A program made the translations under genes and the position numbers. This document shows, piece by piece, positions 8,834-18,411 of a stretch of DNA of 64,000 bases; the first letter of the stretch is position 1, and each line of letters opens with the position of its first letter. Under the pieces are notes generated by a model. That model was not told where the DNA came from, made no database searches, and saw only the letters and a program-made list of their open reading frames with translations. The DNA lies in assembly GCA_050250375.1 (NCBI GenBank), contig JBFWOS010000003.1:17284-81283 (forward strand). Reading direction: 5' to 3'. The DNA is from Candidatus Omnitrophota bacterium (GTDB lineage: Bacteria > Omnitrophota > Gorgyraeia > Zapsychrales > Zapsychraceae).

Positions 8834-10957
8834 TTATTCAACAAAATATTTATCAAGAGTGCTTATCATTATTGCCGGCGTGATAATTTCAGGCAGAATA
8901 ACCTGGTCGCCTTGTTTCCCTTGTGGATACAAAACATATAGGGGAATACTGTTTTTTCCATATCCATTTAATGCCTTGGTAATTTCGGGATCCTGGTTTG
9001 TCCAATCGGCCTTGATTGGAATAATCCCGAGTTGTTCAAACCGGTTAATGACCTTCTGATTATAAAAAACCATTCGTTCATTGACCTGGCAGGACAAACA
9101 CCATGCAGCCGTAAAATCCAGAAATACAGGTTTGTTTTCCAAAAGATATTGATTAAGCCGGAAGGAATCAAAGGGCTCCCAATTAATCTCATTTCCGATT
9201 ATTTTCTTTTCACTTTGACTGTACACTAGTGATTTGCTAGCCGCCTGATAAGCACAATACAATCCCAGAGCACACAAAACAATGGCAAAAAACATTAAAC
9301 TTTTATTTTTATTTCGAATAAGATTGACCCAAATCGCCAATGCTAGAAATAATAAACCAATCAAAAGTAGAATTAATGCCTCGCTCCCACGCTGAACAGA
9401 TAAAACCCAACCTAACCAGATGACAACCGCCACCATGACAAATCCGAACAACTGTTTTAAATAAACCATCCATTGCCCTGGCTTAGGTACAAATTTAAGC
9501 AATTGGGGAAAACGGGTCAGCAGCAAGTAAGGAAAAGCCATACCCATTCCAACTGATGTAAATATAATAAAGGTATACACAGGAGGTTTGGTCAAAGCAA
9601 AACCGATTGCAGAACCCATGAACGGGGCTGTACACGGTGTAGCTACAACCGTGGCCAATACCCCATTTAGAAAGGCAAATTCTGTAGATTTTAATCGCGT
9701 AAGACCTGTTCCCATTTCAAATAGACCAAAAAGGTTTAACGCCAACAAAAAAAACAATATCGCCATCGAGACAACAAAATACGGGGACTGAAATTGATAC
9801 CCCCAACCTATTTGTTTGCCTAAAAGGCGTAATAGGAGCATGAACGCAGCCAACAGCCAGAAACTGACCAAGATTCCCAGTGTAAACTGGACCCCGTTGT
9901 TCAATAATTTCGAACCATCCACTCTGGATTTATCAACAAGACTTAAAATCTTAATTGTTAAGACAGGAAGGACGCACGGCATTAAATTAAGAATCAACCC
10001 TCCTAAAAAAGCAAAAATAATTGCAATGGGAATACCCATCGTATTTAATCCCGTCAATGTTTCATCCTTGTCTTTGACCGGATTATTCTGAGTAACCGGA
10101 ACATCAATCTCAACCGGATTAATCGAACCAAGATTTTTCTTAGAAAAAGCAAAAATCCCTCGGAAACGGTCCTTGCTTCCAGGTTGATAATTGAGAGATT
10201 TTTTTAAAATAATTTCATAGGTCTGATCTATGACTTTAACCTCGGGGAACGCAACGAAATCGACAATATTTTCGTCGTAAGGAAAAAAGTGAATCGAATC
10301 CATGCCTTCGATAAACTGAGATGGATTATAACGAACTATAAAATTATTTTGTGTTTGGCCAACAGAAATTGCATCCAAAACATCTCTGACCGGATATTGT
10401 GTTTTATGCCGGTTATAGTTGGCGTAATACCGCTGGTTTAAAGTCGGTGTTTCTTGAGTTACGGGTATTCGAATGGTAAAATGCGCAACACCTGGGATAC
10501 ATTCTTCCTTACAGGCCAACCAACTGACTTTAGCGGACAAGACGAGTTCATTTTGATTCTCAAAACTGGGCGGAGATTTTATTTCCGTCAATAAAAACGT
10601 CTCATGGTGATAGCCAAAGGTGACAAGCGGGCCGGCTTCAATCCTCTCGGGGACCGGCCAGATGATTTCTCCCGAATGAAACTCATTCGGTAATTGCCAC
10701 TGAATTTGAGGCGCTAAACCTGAATCGCCCGGGTTTCTCCAATAAACATGCCAATCTTTATCTGGAATAAAACTTAAACCAACCCAAAACGTTTGGCCTT
10801 CTTTGATCGTTTCAAATTGAGGAATAATCTCAACTAATGTATTGGCTAATTTTATCGGGTTGGTTTGCGAGAAAGCCGAGGGCGTAAAGGAACATACACA
10901 CAATATACCCAAAAAAAACTTTAATTTTTTTATCGCATACAATAATCGCTGTCCCAT
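8834..10957 (-). CDS. dsbD: thiol:disulfide interchange protein DsbD (N-terminal periplasmic domain, transmembrane core, C-terminal thioredoxin domain)
   Basis: Central transmembrane core (..MPCVLPVLTIKILSL.. and ..PCTAPFMG..) plus a C-terminal thioredoxin-like DFTAAWCLSCQ (CxxC) domain. The ORF-track start at 10960 is GTG and an ATG lies at 10957, overlapping the upstream stop as TGATG. Confidence 0.8.
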   Translation of the reverse strand: MGQRLLYAIKKLKFFLGILCVCSFTPSAFSQTNPIKLANTLVEIIPQFETIKEGQTFWVGLSFIPDKDWHVYWRNPGDSGLAPQIQWQLPNEFHSGEIIWPVPERIEAGPLVTFGYHHETFLLTEIKSPPSFENQNELVLSAKVSWLACKEECIPGVAHFTIRIPVTQETPTLNQRYYANYNRHKTQYPVRDVLDAISVGQTQNNFIVRYNPSQFIEGMDSIHFFPYDENIVDFVAFPEVKVIDQTYEIILKKSLNYQPGSKDRFRGIFAFSKKNLGSINPVEIDVPVTQNNPVKDKDETLTGLNTMGIPIAIIFAFLGGLILNLMPCVLPVLTIKILSLVDKSRVDGSKLLNNGVQFTLGILVSFWLLAAFMLLLRLLGKQIGWGYQFQSPYFVVSMAILFFLLALNLFGLFEMGTGLTRLKSTEFAFLNGVLATVVATPCTAPFMGSAIGFALTKPPVYTFIIFTSVGMGMAFPYLLLTRFPQLLKFVPKPGQWMVYLKQLFGFVMVAVVIWLGWVLSVQRGSEALILLLIGLLFLALAIWVNLIRNKNKSLMFFAIVLCALGLYCAYQAASKSLVYSQSEKKIIGNEINWEPFDSFRLNQYLLENKPVFLDFTAAWCLSCQVNERMVFYNQKVINRFEQLGIIPIKADWTNQDPEITKALNGYGKNSIPLYVLYPQGKQGDQVILPEIITPAIMISTLDKYFVE

Positions 10958-11658
10958 CACCTATTTACCGTCATTAATCGACTGGTAATTACGCCGGGAA
11001 TATTCGGGAAGCGTTGTTTAAATGCTTGAATTGCTTCTTGGAATTCGTTTAGAATTGCAATTTCATATTCAAAACCAGGTTTTATCACGGGAACACCTCC
11101 CAATTTGATTCTTTCTTTAGTTCCAACCAGACGAAGAGTCCCTAAATAAGAAATTTGATCCGGGTTCACTTCAAAAGTGACATTAATTAATTCCGTTGCG
11201 GTTGTACCACCGACCGGAATTGACACAGAAGTAATTTTATATTGCCCAGCAGGTAATTCAATATAGAAATAACCCGGGTTTACAGTCCTGACGTTAAATG
11301 AAAACGGTTGCGCCGCTATTTTTTCTCCGATATGAAGTTCATATGTCCGGATCGGGTTTTTTATATCTACAATCTTTAGACGGACATAGCTGGTTTTTAG
11401 TACTCCTTCAAACCGGGTTTTAGCAAACACAATGCCGTTCTTTTCGATCGGCTCTTCCACTTCATCTTGAGGATCTTCATTAATTGGAATATCAATAGCG
11501 CTGCTTTGAACAACGGGTTCCTCGACTACAAATTGCTTTGTCTCATTATCAAAAGCTGGTGGGACAATCATTTCCGGTTCTGTCGTTGTTTGACTGAGAG
11601 TAGTCGTACAGCTGCACATAAACAAAACAATAATCAAAAACAGGAATTTTCTAAACAT
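10957..11658 (-). CDS. hypothetical lipoprotein
   Basis: ATG at 11658. N-terminus MFRKFLFLIIVLFMCSCTT is a lipobox-like signal. No recognisable domain. Confidence 0.45.
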   Translation of the reverse strand: MFRKFLFLIIVLFMCSCTTTLSQTTTEPEMIVPPAFDNETKQFVVEEPVVQSSAIDIPINEDPQDEVEEPIEKNGIVFAKTRFEGVLKTSYVRLKIVDIKNPIRTYELHIGEKIAAQPFSFNVRTVNPGYFYIELPAGQYKITSVSIPVGGTTATELINVTFEVNPDQISYLGTLRLVGTKERIKLGGVPVIKPGFEYEIAILNEFQEAIQAFKQRFPNIPGVITSRLMTVNR

Positions 11659-11756
11659 ATTAAGAGTATGTTAATAATTTTAACTTTAATTATGTGTAGT
11701 TTAACAAAGATGACCCATGACAATCAAGAACTTTATCATGAACAGGATGTTAGAGT

Positions 11757-11791
11757 TAAAAAAATAGCGGAAGGTTTCCCTTCCGCTATTT
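11757..11791 (-). terminator. rho-independent terminator downstream of the 11813-12169 gene
   Basis: The minus-strand RNA reads AAAUAGCGGAAGG-GAAA-CCUUCCGCUAUUUUUU: an 11 bp GC-containing stem, a 4 nt loop, then a U-run. Confidence 0.55.
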
Positions 11792-11812
11792 AACCATTAA
11801 AACAGGCTCATT

Positions 11813-12169
11813 TTAAGTCAGAACCTCTGACTTTTTGGGGGAGAAAATCTTCTTCTTTTTCCAGACAATCTTGATATTCAGAGAATGGTGAAAATCAACG
11901 CGCATTAAAAACCGGTCATGGGACATATAAAAAGTTCCTTTGACCTGGAAACTGAATTTCTCAATTCTTTGCCGTGTATCAAAAAACTTTCTAATAAATA
12001 CTTCCGGCGGCGTAACTGGCTGCTCCGCTTCATTCATTTTTGAAACTTTGTAGAAAAACCCTTTTCGAACGACGGTTAAAGATTCTTGATCCTCTGACTT
12101 TGAAATAATATGTAGAAATTTAGTACCTCTTTTTAGGTCTTTATTCCTCTTAAAACAAATTTTCTTCAT
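11813..12169 (-). CDS. hypothetical small basic protein
   Basis: ATG at 12169 with an AGGAAA ribosome-binding site. It has its own putative promoter and terminator. I checked PilZ-like motifs and they are not convincingly present. Confidence 0.4.
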   Translation of the reverse strand: MKKICFKRNKDLKRGTKFLHIISKSEDQESLTVVRKGFFYKVSKMNEAEQPVTPPEVFIRKFFDTRQRIEKFSFQVKGTFYMSHDRFLMRVDFHHSLNIKIVWKKKKIFSPKKSEVLT

Positions 12170-12215
12170 TATTTTCCTTATTTTGATTCAACCCATTCAT
12201 TTGGCTTGAACATTC

Positions 12216-12246
12216 AAAGTATAACATTCTCACTTACTTCCACAAT
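12216..12246 (-). promoter_or_regulatory. putative sigma-70 promoter for the 11813-12169 gene (TTGTGG, 16 nt spacer, TGnTATACT extended -10)
   Basis: Read on the minus strand: TTGTGG at 12245-12240 and TATACT at 12223-12218, with a TG dinucleotide upstream of the -10. This places the start site about 40 nt upstream of the ATG. Confidence 0.3.
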
Positions 12247-12416
12247 ACATCGGCCCAATAAACAGGAAAACGTTATCTTTCCCCTTCTTCGACGGGGATT
12301 ATATAGCGCAATGTGTTGTGAAAAAAATATCAATTTAACGTAAAGATTATTGAAGAGAAATCGGGAAATAACAGGAAGCGATCTGATGTTCTTCTAAAAT
12401 ATTGGGGAATAATAAC

Positions 12417-13049
12417 TTATGACTTCTTTGAAGGTAAAAAACCGGGAACCCTTGGTTCCTTTCCAGCCAATAAACGTGCAATATTTGGCTTATGCCGGTA
12501 AATGATAAATACGCCAAATATGAGCCCCAAAACCCTGATTTCAGCCGGCTGGCTGGTAAGAAACATTAAAAACGGAAGACTGACTGCGGCAATTATGGAA
12601 GATAATGAAACAATGCGGGAAAATATAAAAACCACCAGGAAAATGCCTAAAGTAAGAATTAACACCGGAATTATAGTCGGAATCCTGTAGGTCAACCCAA
12701 TCAAAACTCCGAGGCTGGTCGCTACACCTTTTCCTCCCTTAAAACGTAAAAATATCGTGTAATTATGCCCCGCAACCACGGCAACACTCAATATAACTCG
12801 TTCCCATACAAATATCAGGCCCAAAATCTCGGAAACAATACCCACAATCCAGAAACCTTTATAAATATCGAGAAGAAGGACAATAATCCCGGGCATTTTA
12901 CCCAACACGCGAAAAACATTAGTAGCCCCAACATTTCCCGAACCATGCTGACGGATATCAATCCCCTTTAGGAGCTTCCCAAAAATATATGCCGTGGGGA
13001 TTGAGCCGATCAAATAACTGATAATAATGCCAATGGTTAAAACGATCAT
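12417..13049 (-). CDS. plsY: glycerol-3-phosphate acyltransferase PlsY
   Basis: Translation contains SIPTAYIFGKLLKGIDIRQHGSGNVGATNVFRVLGK, the hallmark PlsY motif. ATG start. Confidence 0.85.
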   Translation of the reverse strand: MIVLTIGIIISYLIGSIPTAYIFGKLLKGIDIRQHGSGNVGATNVFRVLGKMPGIIVLLLDIYKGFWIVGIVSEILGLIFVWERVILSVAVVAGHNYTIFLRFKGGKGVATSLGVLIGLTYRIPTIIPVLILTLGIFLVVFIFSRIVSLSSIIAAVSLPFLMFLTSQPAEIRVLGLIFGVFIIYRHKPNIARLLAGKEPRVPGFLPSKKS

Positions 13050-13061
13050 ATAAAGATGTAA

Positions 13062-13418
13062 TTATTCTTCGTCAAGCCATAATAACTTAGCACCTGTCTC
13101 AGGATCAATCTGCAAATGCCCCGCATAACGTTTGCCTGTAACCGGGGAATATTTCATACGTACTGGCTGAGACACAGAATTGGCAATGGATTCAACCGCC
13201 GATATCGCTTCCGGATCTTCCTTTAATTGTTTCTCAAGATTCTTTTTTTCTTGTTCAGTCAGCGGTTTTCCGGTGACAGCCTCAGCGATTGAACCGATAG
13301 CTTCCTGACTCTGGTTCAAGTATTCGAGTTGTCCTTTTTTGGCTTTAATTGTCTGGCAACCGTTGAAAAAAAGGACGCTTAGAAAAACGTAAACATTTAA
13401 ATATTTTTTGGGGATCAT
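13062..13418 (-). CDS. hypothetical small lipoprotein
   Basis: ATG at 13418. N-terminus ...LSVLFFNGCQT is a lipobox-like signal. Overlaps the lepB stop by 4 nt. Confidence 0.45.
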   Translation of the reverse strand: MIPKKYLNVYVFLSVLFFNGCQTIKAKKGQLEYLNQSQEAIGSIAEAVTGKPLTEQEKKNLEKQLKEDPEAISAVESIANSVSQPVRMKYSPVTGKRYAGHLQIDPETGAKLLWLDEE

Positions 13419-14011
13419 TCAAGTATTCGGATACGATTAAACGGCCAATAAATAAGTTCGGCCCGGCCGATTATATTTTCAACAGGCACAAAACCCCAAT
13501 ACCGGCTATCATGACTAGACTGGCTGTTGTCCCCTAATACAAATACATACCCTTCCGGAACAACGATTGGATGGCCTTCTTCCCCATAAGGGCCGCTGTT
13601 ATAATAAAAAAAATTCTTAATCCTGGGCTCCATAATTAACTGATTGTTAATATATACATCCCCTTCCTTAATCTCAATTGTTTCACCGCCCAAGGCAATC
13701 AATCGCTTAATAAAATCCCGTTTAGGATCATCGGGATAAACAAAAACGATAATGTCCCCGCGTTTTGGTTCTGAAAAACCGGGAAAGCGTTTATTCGAAA
13801 ATGGAATCTTGGAACCATACCGTAATTTATTGACCATTAAACGGTCACCTTCAATAAGAGTCATGCGCATCGATCCGCTCGGAATTTTAAAAGCCTGAAG
13901 GAAAAATGTCCGGATGATCATCGCCAGGATAAACGCAATGACAATCGATTCTGTCCATTCCCTGACCGGTGAATTCTTTGACCAAATGCTCTTTTTTTCA
14001 GGTTCTTTCAT
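13415..14011 (-). CDS. lepB: signal peptidase I
   Basis: Translation contains SGSMRMTLIEGDRLMVNKL, KRLIALGGETIEI and GDNSQSSHDSRYWGFV, the signal-peptidase I catalytic boxes. Confidence 0.85.
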   Translation of the reverse strand: MKEPEKKSIWSKNSPVREWTESIVIAFILAMIIRTFFLQAFKIPSGSMRMTLIEGDRLMVNKLRYGSKIPFSNKRFPGFSEPKRGDIIVFVYPDDPKRDFIKRLIALGGETIEIKEGDVYINNQLIMEPRIKNFFYYNSGPYGEEGHPIVVPEGYVFVLGDNSQSSHDSRYWGFVPVENIIGRAELIYWPFNRIRILE

Positions 14012-15798
14012 AATTTTAAAGCGGCTGAAAAAGCCTCTTGCGGAAGTTCAACATTACCAATCTGCTTCATCTTCTTCTTACCTTCTTTTTGTTTCTCCCA
14101 CAGCTTCCTCTTTCGGGTAATATCACCACCATAACATTTCGCCGTCACATTTTTCCCGACCGCTTTCACGCTGGCACTGGAGATAATTCTCCCGTCACAT
14201 GTCGCCTGAACCCTGACTTCGAATAACTGCTGAGGAATAAGTTCTTTAAGTTTAGTGACGAGCGCCAATCCTTTTTCATAGGAACGTTCTTTATGAACTA
14301 AGAAAGAAAATGCATCACAAATCTTGCCGTTGATTAATATATCAAGTTTTGAAACCATTGTGGGTAAATATCCTTTAAATTTGTAATCAATGGAGCCATA
14401 CCCTTTTGTGATCGATTTGATCGTATCATTAAAATCGACAATAACTTCTGACAAGGGGATATCAAACAATATTTTCATCCGGTCCGATACGTATTCGCTG
14501 CTGACATACGTCCCGCGTTTACGTTTGGCAAGTTCCATAACACCATCCATATAAGCCACCGGAGTCATGATCGTTACGGTCAATACCGGTTCTTCAACGC
14601 GAGCGTAAGAACCGGCATCGGGTAAGTCGTTCGGGCTTTCGATCTGAATAACCCTTTCATCCTTAAATACAATCTGATACTTGACATTGGGCGTGGTCAG
14701 GATCAAATTAAGATCATATTCCCGTTGCAACCGTTCCTGGACAATTTCCATATGAAGCAGTCCAAGAAAGCCGCAACGAAAACCATGCCCAAACGATTGG
14801 GACGTCTCCGGTTCGTAAACAAAGCTTGGGTCATTCAACCGCAATTTCTCAATCGATTCGCGCAGATTCATAAAGTCTTTGGAATTGACGGGATAGACTC
14901 CACAAAATACCAACGGATTCAAGATACGGTACCCCGGTAATGGTTTGGCGACAGGATTATCAGGATCTGTGATTGTATCCCCCACCCGTACGTCCCTTGG
15001 CTCATGAATATTGCAAGTGATATATCCGACTTCACCTGCGGTCAAGTTCCTCATCTTCATAATTTCCGGGATAAAAACTCCAACTTCTTCAATCGTAAAC
15101 TGTTTGTCCATGTGCATCATTCTGATCTTCATTCCCGGCTGCAGTTCACCGTTATATAACCGGACATAAATAATAATCCCCTTATACATGTCGTACTTCA
15201 TATCAAAAATCAGGGCCTCAAGAGGGGCCTCATCCTTGCCTTCAGGTGCGGGAATAAATTCAATAATCTTTTCAAACAACCCACTAATGTTGGTCCCTTC
15301 TTTAGCAGAAACGCACTGGATGTCTTTATCGTCAAACCCAAAGACTTCCATCAGCTGAAGTTTTGTATGATCCAGATCAATATTAGCCAGGTCAATTTTA
15401 TTAATGACCGGCAAGATCTCAAGATTGTTATCGATGGCCAAATAATAATTGGCAACCGTTTGGGACTCTACCCCCTGTGAAACGTCGCTGATCAGCAAAG
15501 CGCCTTCACAAGCGCGAAGGGATTTCTCAACTTCATATGAAAAATCGACGTGTCCCGGGGTATCAATTAAATTAAAGATGTATTCTTTGCCGTCTTTAGC
15601 CTTGTAGGACAATCTTACGGCCGACGCTTTAATTGTAATCCCCCGTTCACGCTCAAGATCCATGTCATCAAGCAATTGATTTTTAAATTTTCTTTCATCA
15701 ATAGCTCCCGTCGTCAATAAAAGCCTGTCGGCCAGGGTTGATTTCCCATGGTCAATATGAGCGATGATTGAAAAATTACGAATTAATGATTTATCCAT
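14008..15798 (-). CDS. lepA: translation elongation factor 4 (LepA)
   Basis: N-terminus NFSIIAHIDHGKSTLADRLL is a GTPase G1 motif. Length of 596 aa is typical for LepA. Confidence 0.9.
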   Translation of the reverse strand: MDKSLIRNFSIIAHIDHGKSTLADRLLLTTGAIDERKFKNQLLDDMDLERERGITIKASAVRLSYKAKDGKEYIFNLIDTPGHVDFSYEVEKSLRACEGALLISDVSQGVESQTVANYYLAIDNNLEILPVINKIDLANIDLDHTKLQLMEVFGFDDKDIQCVSAKEGTNISGLFEKIIEFIPAPEGKDEAPLEALIFDMKYDMYKGIIIYVRLYNGELQPGMKIRMMHMDKQFTIEEVGVFIPEIMKMRNLTAGEVGYITCNIHEPRDVRVGDTITDPDNPVAKPLPGYRILNPLVFCGVYPVNSKDFMNLRESIEKLRLNDPSFVYEPETSQSFGHGFRCGFLGLLHMEIVQERLQREYDLNLILTTPNVKYQIVFKDERVIQIESPNDLPDAGSYARVEEPVLTVTIMTPVAYMDGVMELAKRKRGTYVSSEYVSDRMKILFDIPLSEVIVDFNDTIKSITKGYGSIDYKFKGYLPTMVSKLDILINGKICDAFSFLVHKERSYEKGLALVTKLKELIPQQLFEVRVQATCDGRIISSASVKAVGKNVTAKCYGGDITRKRKLWEKQKEGKKKMKQIGNVELPQEAFSAALKL

Positions 15799-16462
15799 GT
15801 TTAATCACCTGAAGCATCCTGTCGACTACTTCCTGAATACTTAAATTAGTTGAATCAATGACGACAGCATCATCTGCCTTGCATAATGGGCCGGTTTCCC
15901 GCTCCATATCCTTTTGATCACGTTGAGCAATATCCATGGTTAATTGATTCTCATCGATTAATTTCCCTTGTCCCTGGATTTCTTTCAGCCGTCTCTGGGT
16001 TCGCTCATTAATATCTGCATCGAGATAGAACTTGTAATCCGCTTTTGGAAAAACGACTGTCCCGATATCCCGCCCTTCCATGACGATGCTTTGTCCATCA
16101 GCGATTTTTCTCTGCCAGTTTACGACGATCGTTCTAACACTTGGGCAATTGGCTATATATTTTGTATTATTGGTGACCATTAACGTCCTAATATCTTCCG
16201 TTACCTCTTTGCCATCCAAGAAAATCTTTTGTTGCCCTGAAGAAAATTCCATCTCAAGATTACATTTTTCTGCAATAACAGCTAACTCCTCTTCCCTGGC
16301 TAAATCTGCTCCCGATTGCAACGCCTTTAAAGTAACAGCCCGGTACATTGCCCCTGTATCAAGGTAAGATATATTTAATTCTTTCGCCAGCCGTTTAGCG
16401 ATCGTACTTTTCCCGGCTCCGGCCGGTCCATCAATAGCTATAATTATACTTTTTTGAGTCAT
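15791..16462 (-). CDS. cmk: cytidylate kinase
   Basis: IIIAIDGPAGAGKSTIAKRLAKELNISYLDTGAMYRA matches the Cmk N-terminal signature. Confidence 0.85.
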   Translation of the reverse strand: MTQKSIIIAIDGPAGAGKSTIAKRLAKELNISYLDTGAMYRAVTLKALQSGADLAREEELAVIAEKCNLEMEFSSGQQKIFLDGKEVTEDIRTLMVTNNTKYIANCPSVRTIVVNWQRKIADGQSIVMEGRDIGTVVFPKADYKFYLDADINERTQRRLKEIQGQGKLIDENQLTMDIAQRDQKDMERETGPLCKADDAVVIDSTNLSIQEVVDRMLQVIKHG

Positions 16463-16521
16463 GGATATAAATTCAAGACCGGTTTATATCCGGAGGTTGA
16501 GTTTTAATTCTACGGTCAGAA

Positions 16522-17379
16522 TTAAGCGATGCTGTCCCGCTTTTCTTTGGCTGTTGTGAAATGTTTGACCAATTCTTTTTCATCCCGATTGATCATAGCC
16601 AATCTCAGCTGAGAAAGGCATTCAATCAGTTCATCCAGGGATTTGACGACATTTTTTACATTTGATATACAGATATCATTCCACATCTTAGGTGAGGATG
16701 CCGCAATGCGGGTTGTATCCTTTAATCCCTGCGTTGCCAATTCAAGATATTGATTAGGAATTGATTCCATCAAACCGAAAGCCATAAGATGCGGCAAATG
16801 ACTTATGTACGCCAAGCTGTCATCGTGCGCCGCTGGATTTAAGATTTTAACTTCAGCCCCCACCCTGGACCACAACTGTTTGACTTTCTCCCTGGTCACT
16901 TGGCCGGTTTTCTTCGTTGGGGTCATAATACACAGAGCACCCTCAAACAAATTATCCTTCGCATGGTCGACCCCTTTCTTTTCAGAACCGACCAATGGAT
17001 GACTCCCAACAAAATTACCCGGAAAAGGAAGGATTTCTTCGGCTGCCTCAACGATCTCATTTTTGGTGCTTCCGACATCCGTAATAATCGTTCCTCTCTT
17101 GATATGCGGCTGTATTGTCTTTAATAATTTGATAATATCATCCACCGGTGTGGCCAAGACGATTAAATCGGCTGCCTGTACGGCCTTCTTAACATCCGTC
17201 ATGCCAATGTCTATAGCCTTATTTGCCAAGGCCGTATCTAAAGAAGCCTGGCGGTGTGATAATCCTGTTACTTCTTTCACCAGATTATTTTTCTTTAGCG
17301 CGAGGCCTAAGGATCCGCCCATCAACCCGACACCTATAATGGTTACTTTTCTGAAAATATTATTTGAACGTCCAATCAT
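16522..17379 (-). CDS. tyrA: prephenate/arogenate dehydrogenase
   Basis: Rossmann motif VTIIGVGLMGGSLGLAL and overall TyrA-like sequence. Sits inside an aromatic amino acid gene block. Confidence 0.8.
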   Translation of the reverse strand: MIGRSNNIFRKVTIIGVGLMGGSLGLALKKNNLVKEVTGLSHRQASLDTALANKAIDIGMTDVKKAVQAADLIVLATPVDDIIKLLKTIQPHIKRGTIITDVGSTKNEIVEAAEEILPFPGNFVGSHPLVGSEKKGVDHAKDNLFEGALCIMTPTKKTGQVTREKVKQLWSRVGAEVKILNPAAHDDSLAYISHLPHLMAFGLMESIPNQYLELATQGLKDTTRIAASSPKMWNDICISNVKNVVKSLDELIECLSQLRLAMINRDEKELVKHFTTAKEKRDSIA

Positions 17380-17394
17380 AATTCTCTCACTTTG

Positions 17395-18411
17395 TTAAAG
17401 TTCTCTTGAAACAGCCTGAGCCACTAATTTTAATTCCTGCATTAAAACCTTAAATTTGTCTGGAACCAACGATTGTTCTCCGTCTGAAAATGCTTCTTTT
17501 GGATTTTGGTGGACCTCTACCATCAGTCCATCACACCCTGCGGCAACGGCCGCTTTTGCCGCCGGGGCCACTAGTCCCCACCGCCCGGTCGCATGACTTG
17601 GATCCACCAATATAGGCAGATGGGATAACTGTTTAACGACGGCCACCGCGTTGATATCCAGGGTGTTTCTCGTCGCCGTCTCAAACGTCCGGATGCCGCG
17701 CTCACAAAAGATTACATTGAAATTGCCGTTGGCCAGGATATATTCGGCTGACATAAGCCACTCCTTGATGGTCGCACTCATTCCCCGTTTAAGCAGGACT
17801 GTCTTTTTTGTTTTGCCAATTTCTTTAAGCAGCGCAAAATTCTGCATATTTCTCGCTCCAACCTGCAATATATCCACATAGCGGCAAATTAAATCCAAAT
17901 CCCTGGGATCCATCACTTCGGTCACGGTCGCCAGCTGATTGGCTGCTCCGGCATCCTTGAGGATTTTCAAACCTTCTTCTCCCAAACCTTGGAAATCGTA
18001 CGGGGATGTCCTGGGTTTAAATGCCCCTCCCCTGAGAATAGTGCCGCCGGCCTCTTTGACAGAACGCGCGACGCGCAACATCCGATCGTGGTCTTCAACA
18101 GAACATGGCCCGGCCATAACATGCAGCTTTTTCGAACCTACCTGAATTGTGTCATTAATACGGATGATTGAATCCTCTGGCTGATATTCACGAGAAACCA
18201 ACCGGTAGGGTGCCAACACGGGAATCACTTTCTCGACCCCCTCAAATGCCTCCAGAGGCGTGACCTGAAGGATTTCTTCCGGACCGATTAAGCCGACAAT
18301 GGTCCTTTCAATCCCTTTAGAAACATTAGTTTTTAAACCGAGTTTCTCCGCTTTTAGCAGGATTTGGTCTATCTGCTCCTGGGATGCATCCGGCCTAAAA
18401 ACAACAATCAT
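17395..18411 (-). CDS. aroF: 3-deoxy-7-phosphoheptulonate (DAHP) synthase with an N-terminal ~70 aa regulatory extension
   Basis: The core contains LRGGAFKPRTSPYDFQGLGEEGL and ...GLMVEVH..P (KDO8PS/DAHPS class). The N-terminal MIVVFRPDASQEQIDQILLKAEKLGL... region resembles the ferredoxin-like regulatory domain of Thermotoga-type DAHP synthases. Confidence 0.85.
   Translation of the reverse strand: MIVVFRPDASQEQIDQILLKAEKLGLKTNVSKGIERTIVGLIGPEEILQVTPLEAFEGVEKVIPVLAPYRLVSREYQPEDSIIRINDTIQVGSKKLHVMAGPCSVEDHDRMLRVARSVKEAGGTILRGGAFKPRTSPYDFQGLGEEGLKILKDAGAANQLATVTEVMDPRDLDLICRYVDILQVGARNMQNFALLKEIGKTKKTVLLKRGMSATIKEWLMSAEYILANGNFNVIFCERGIRTFETATRNTLDINAVAVVKQLSHLPILVDPSHATGRWGLVAPAAKAAVAAGCDGLMVEVHQNPKEAFSDGEQSLVPDKFKVLMQELKLVAQAVSREL

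Noticed and set aside
11467-11793. 108 aa plus-strand ORF spanning the lipoprotein gene 3' end and the intergenic region
   Set aside because: Low-complexity translation. It overlaps a minus-strand CDS, and its 3' part is the terminator hairpin of the 11813-12169 gene.
11813-12169. PilZ (c-di-GMP binding) domain in the 118 aa basic protein
   Set aside because: The RxxxR and D/NxSxxG motifs are not convincingly present at the right spacing. Left as hypothetical.
12270-12300. Short hairpin CCCCTTCTTCGACGGGG downstream of plsY as an intrinsic terminator
   Set aside because: Only a 4 bp stem with a 9 nt loop and no U-run on the minus strand. Too weak to call.
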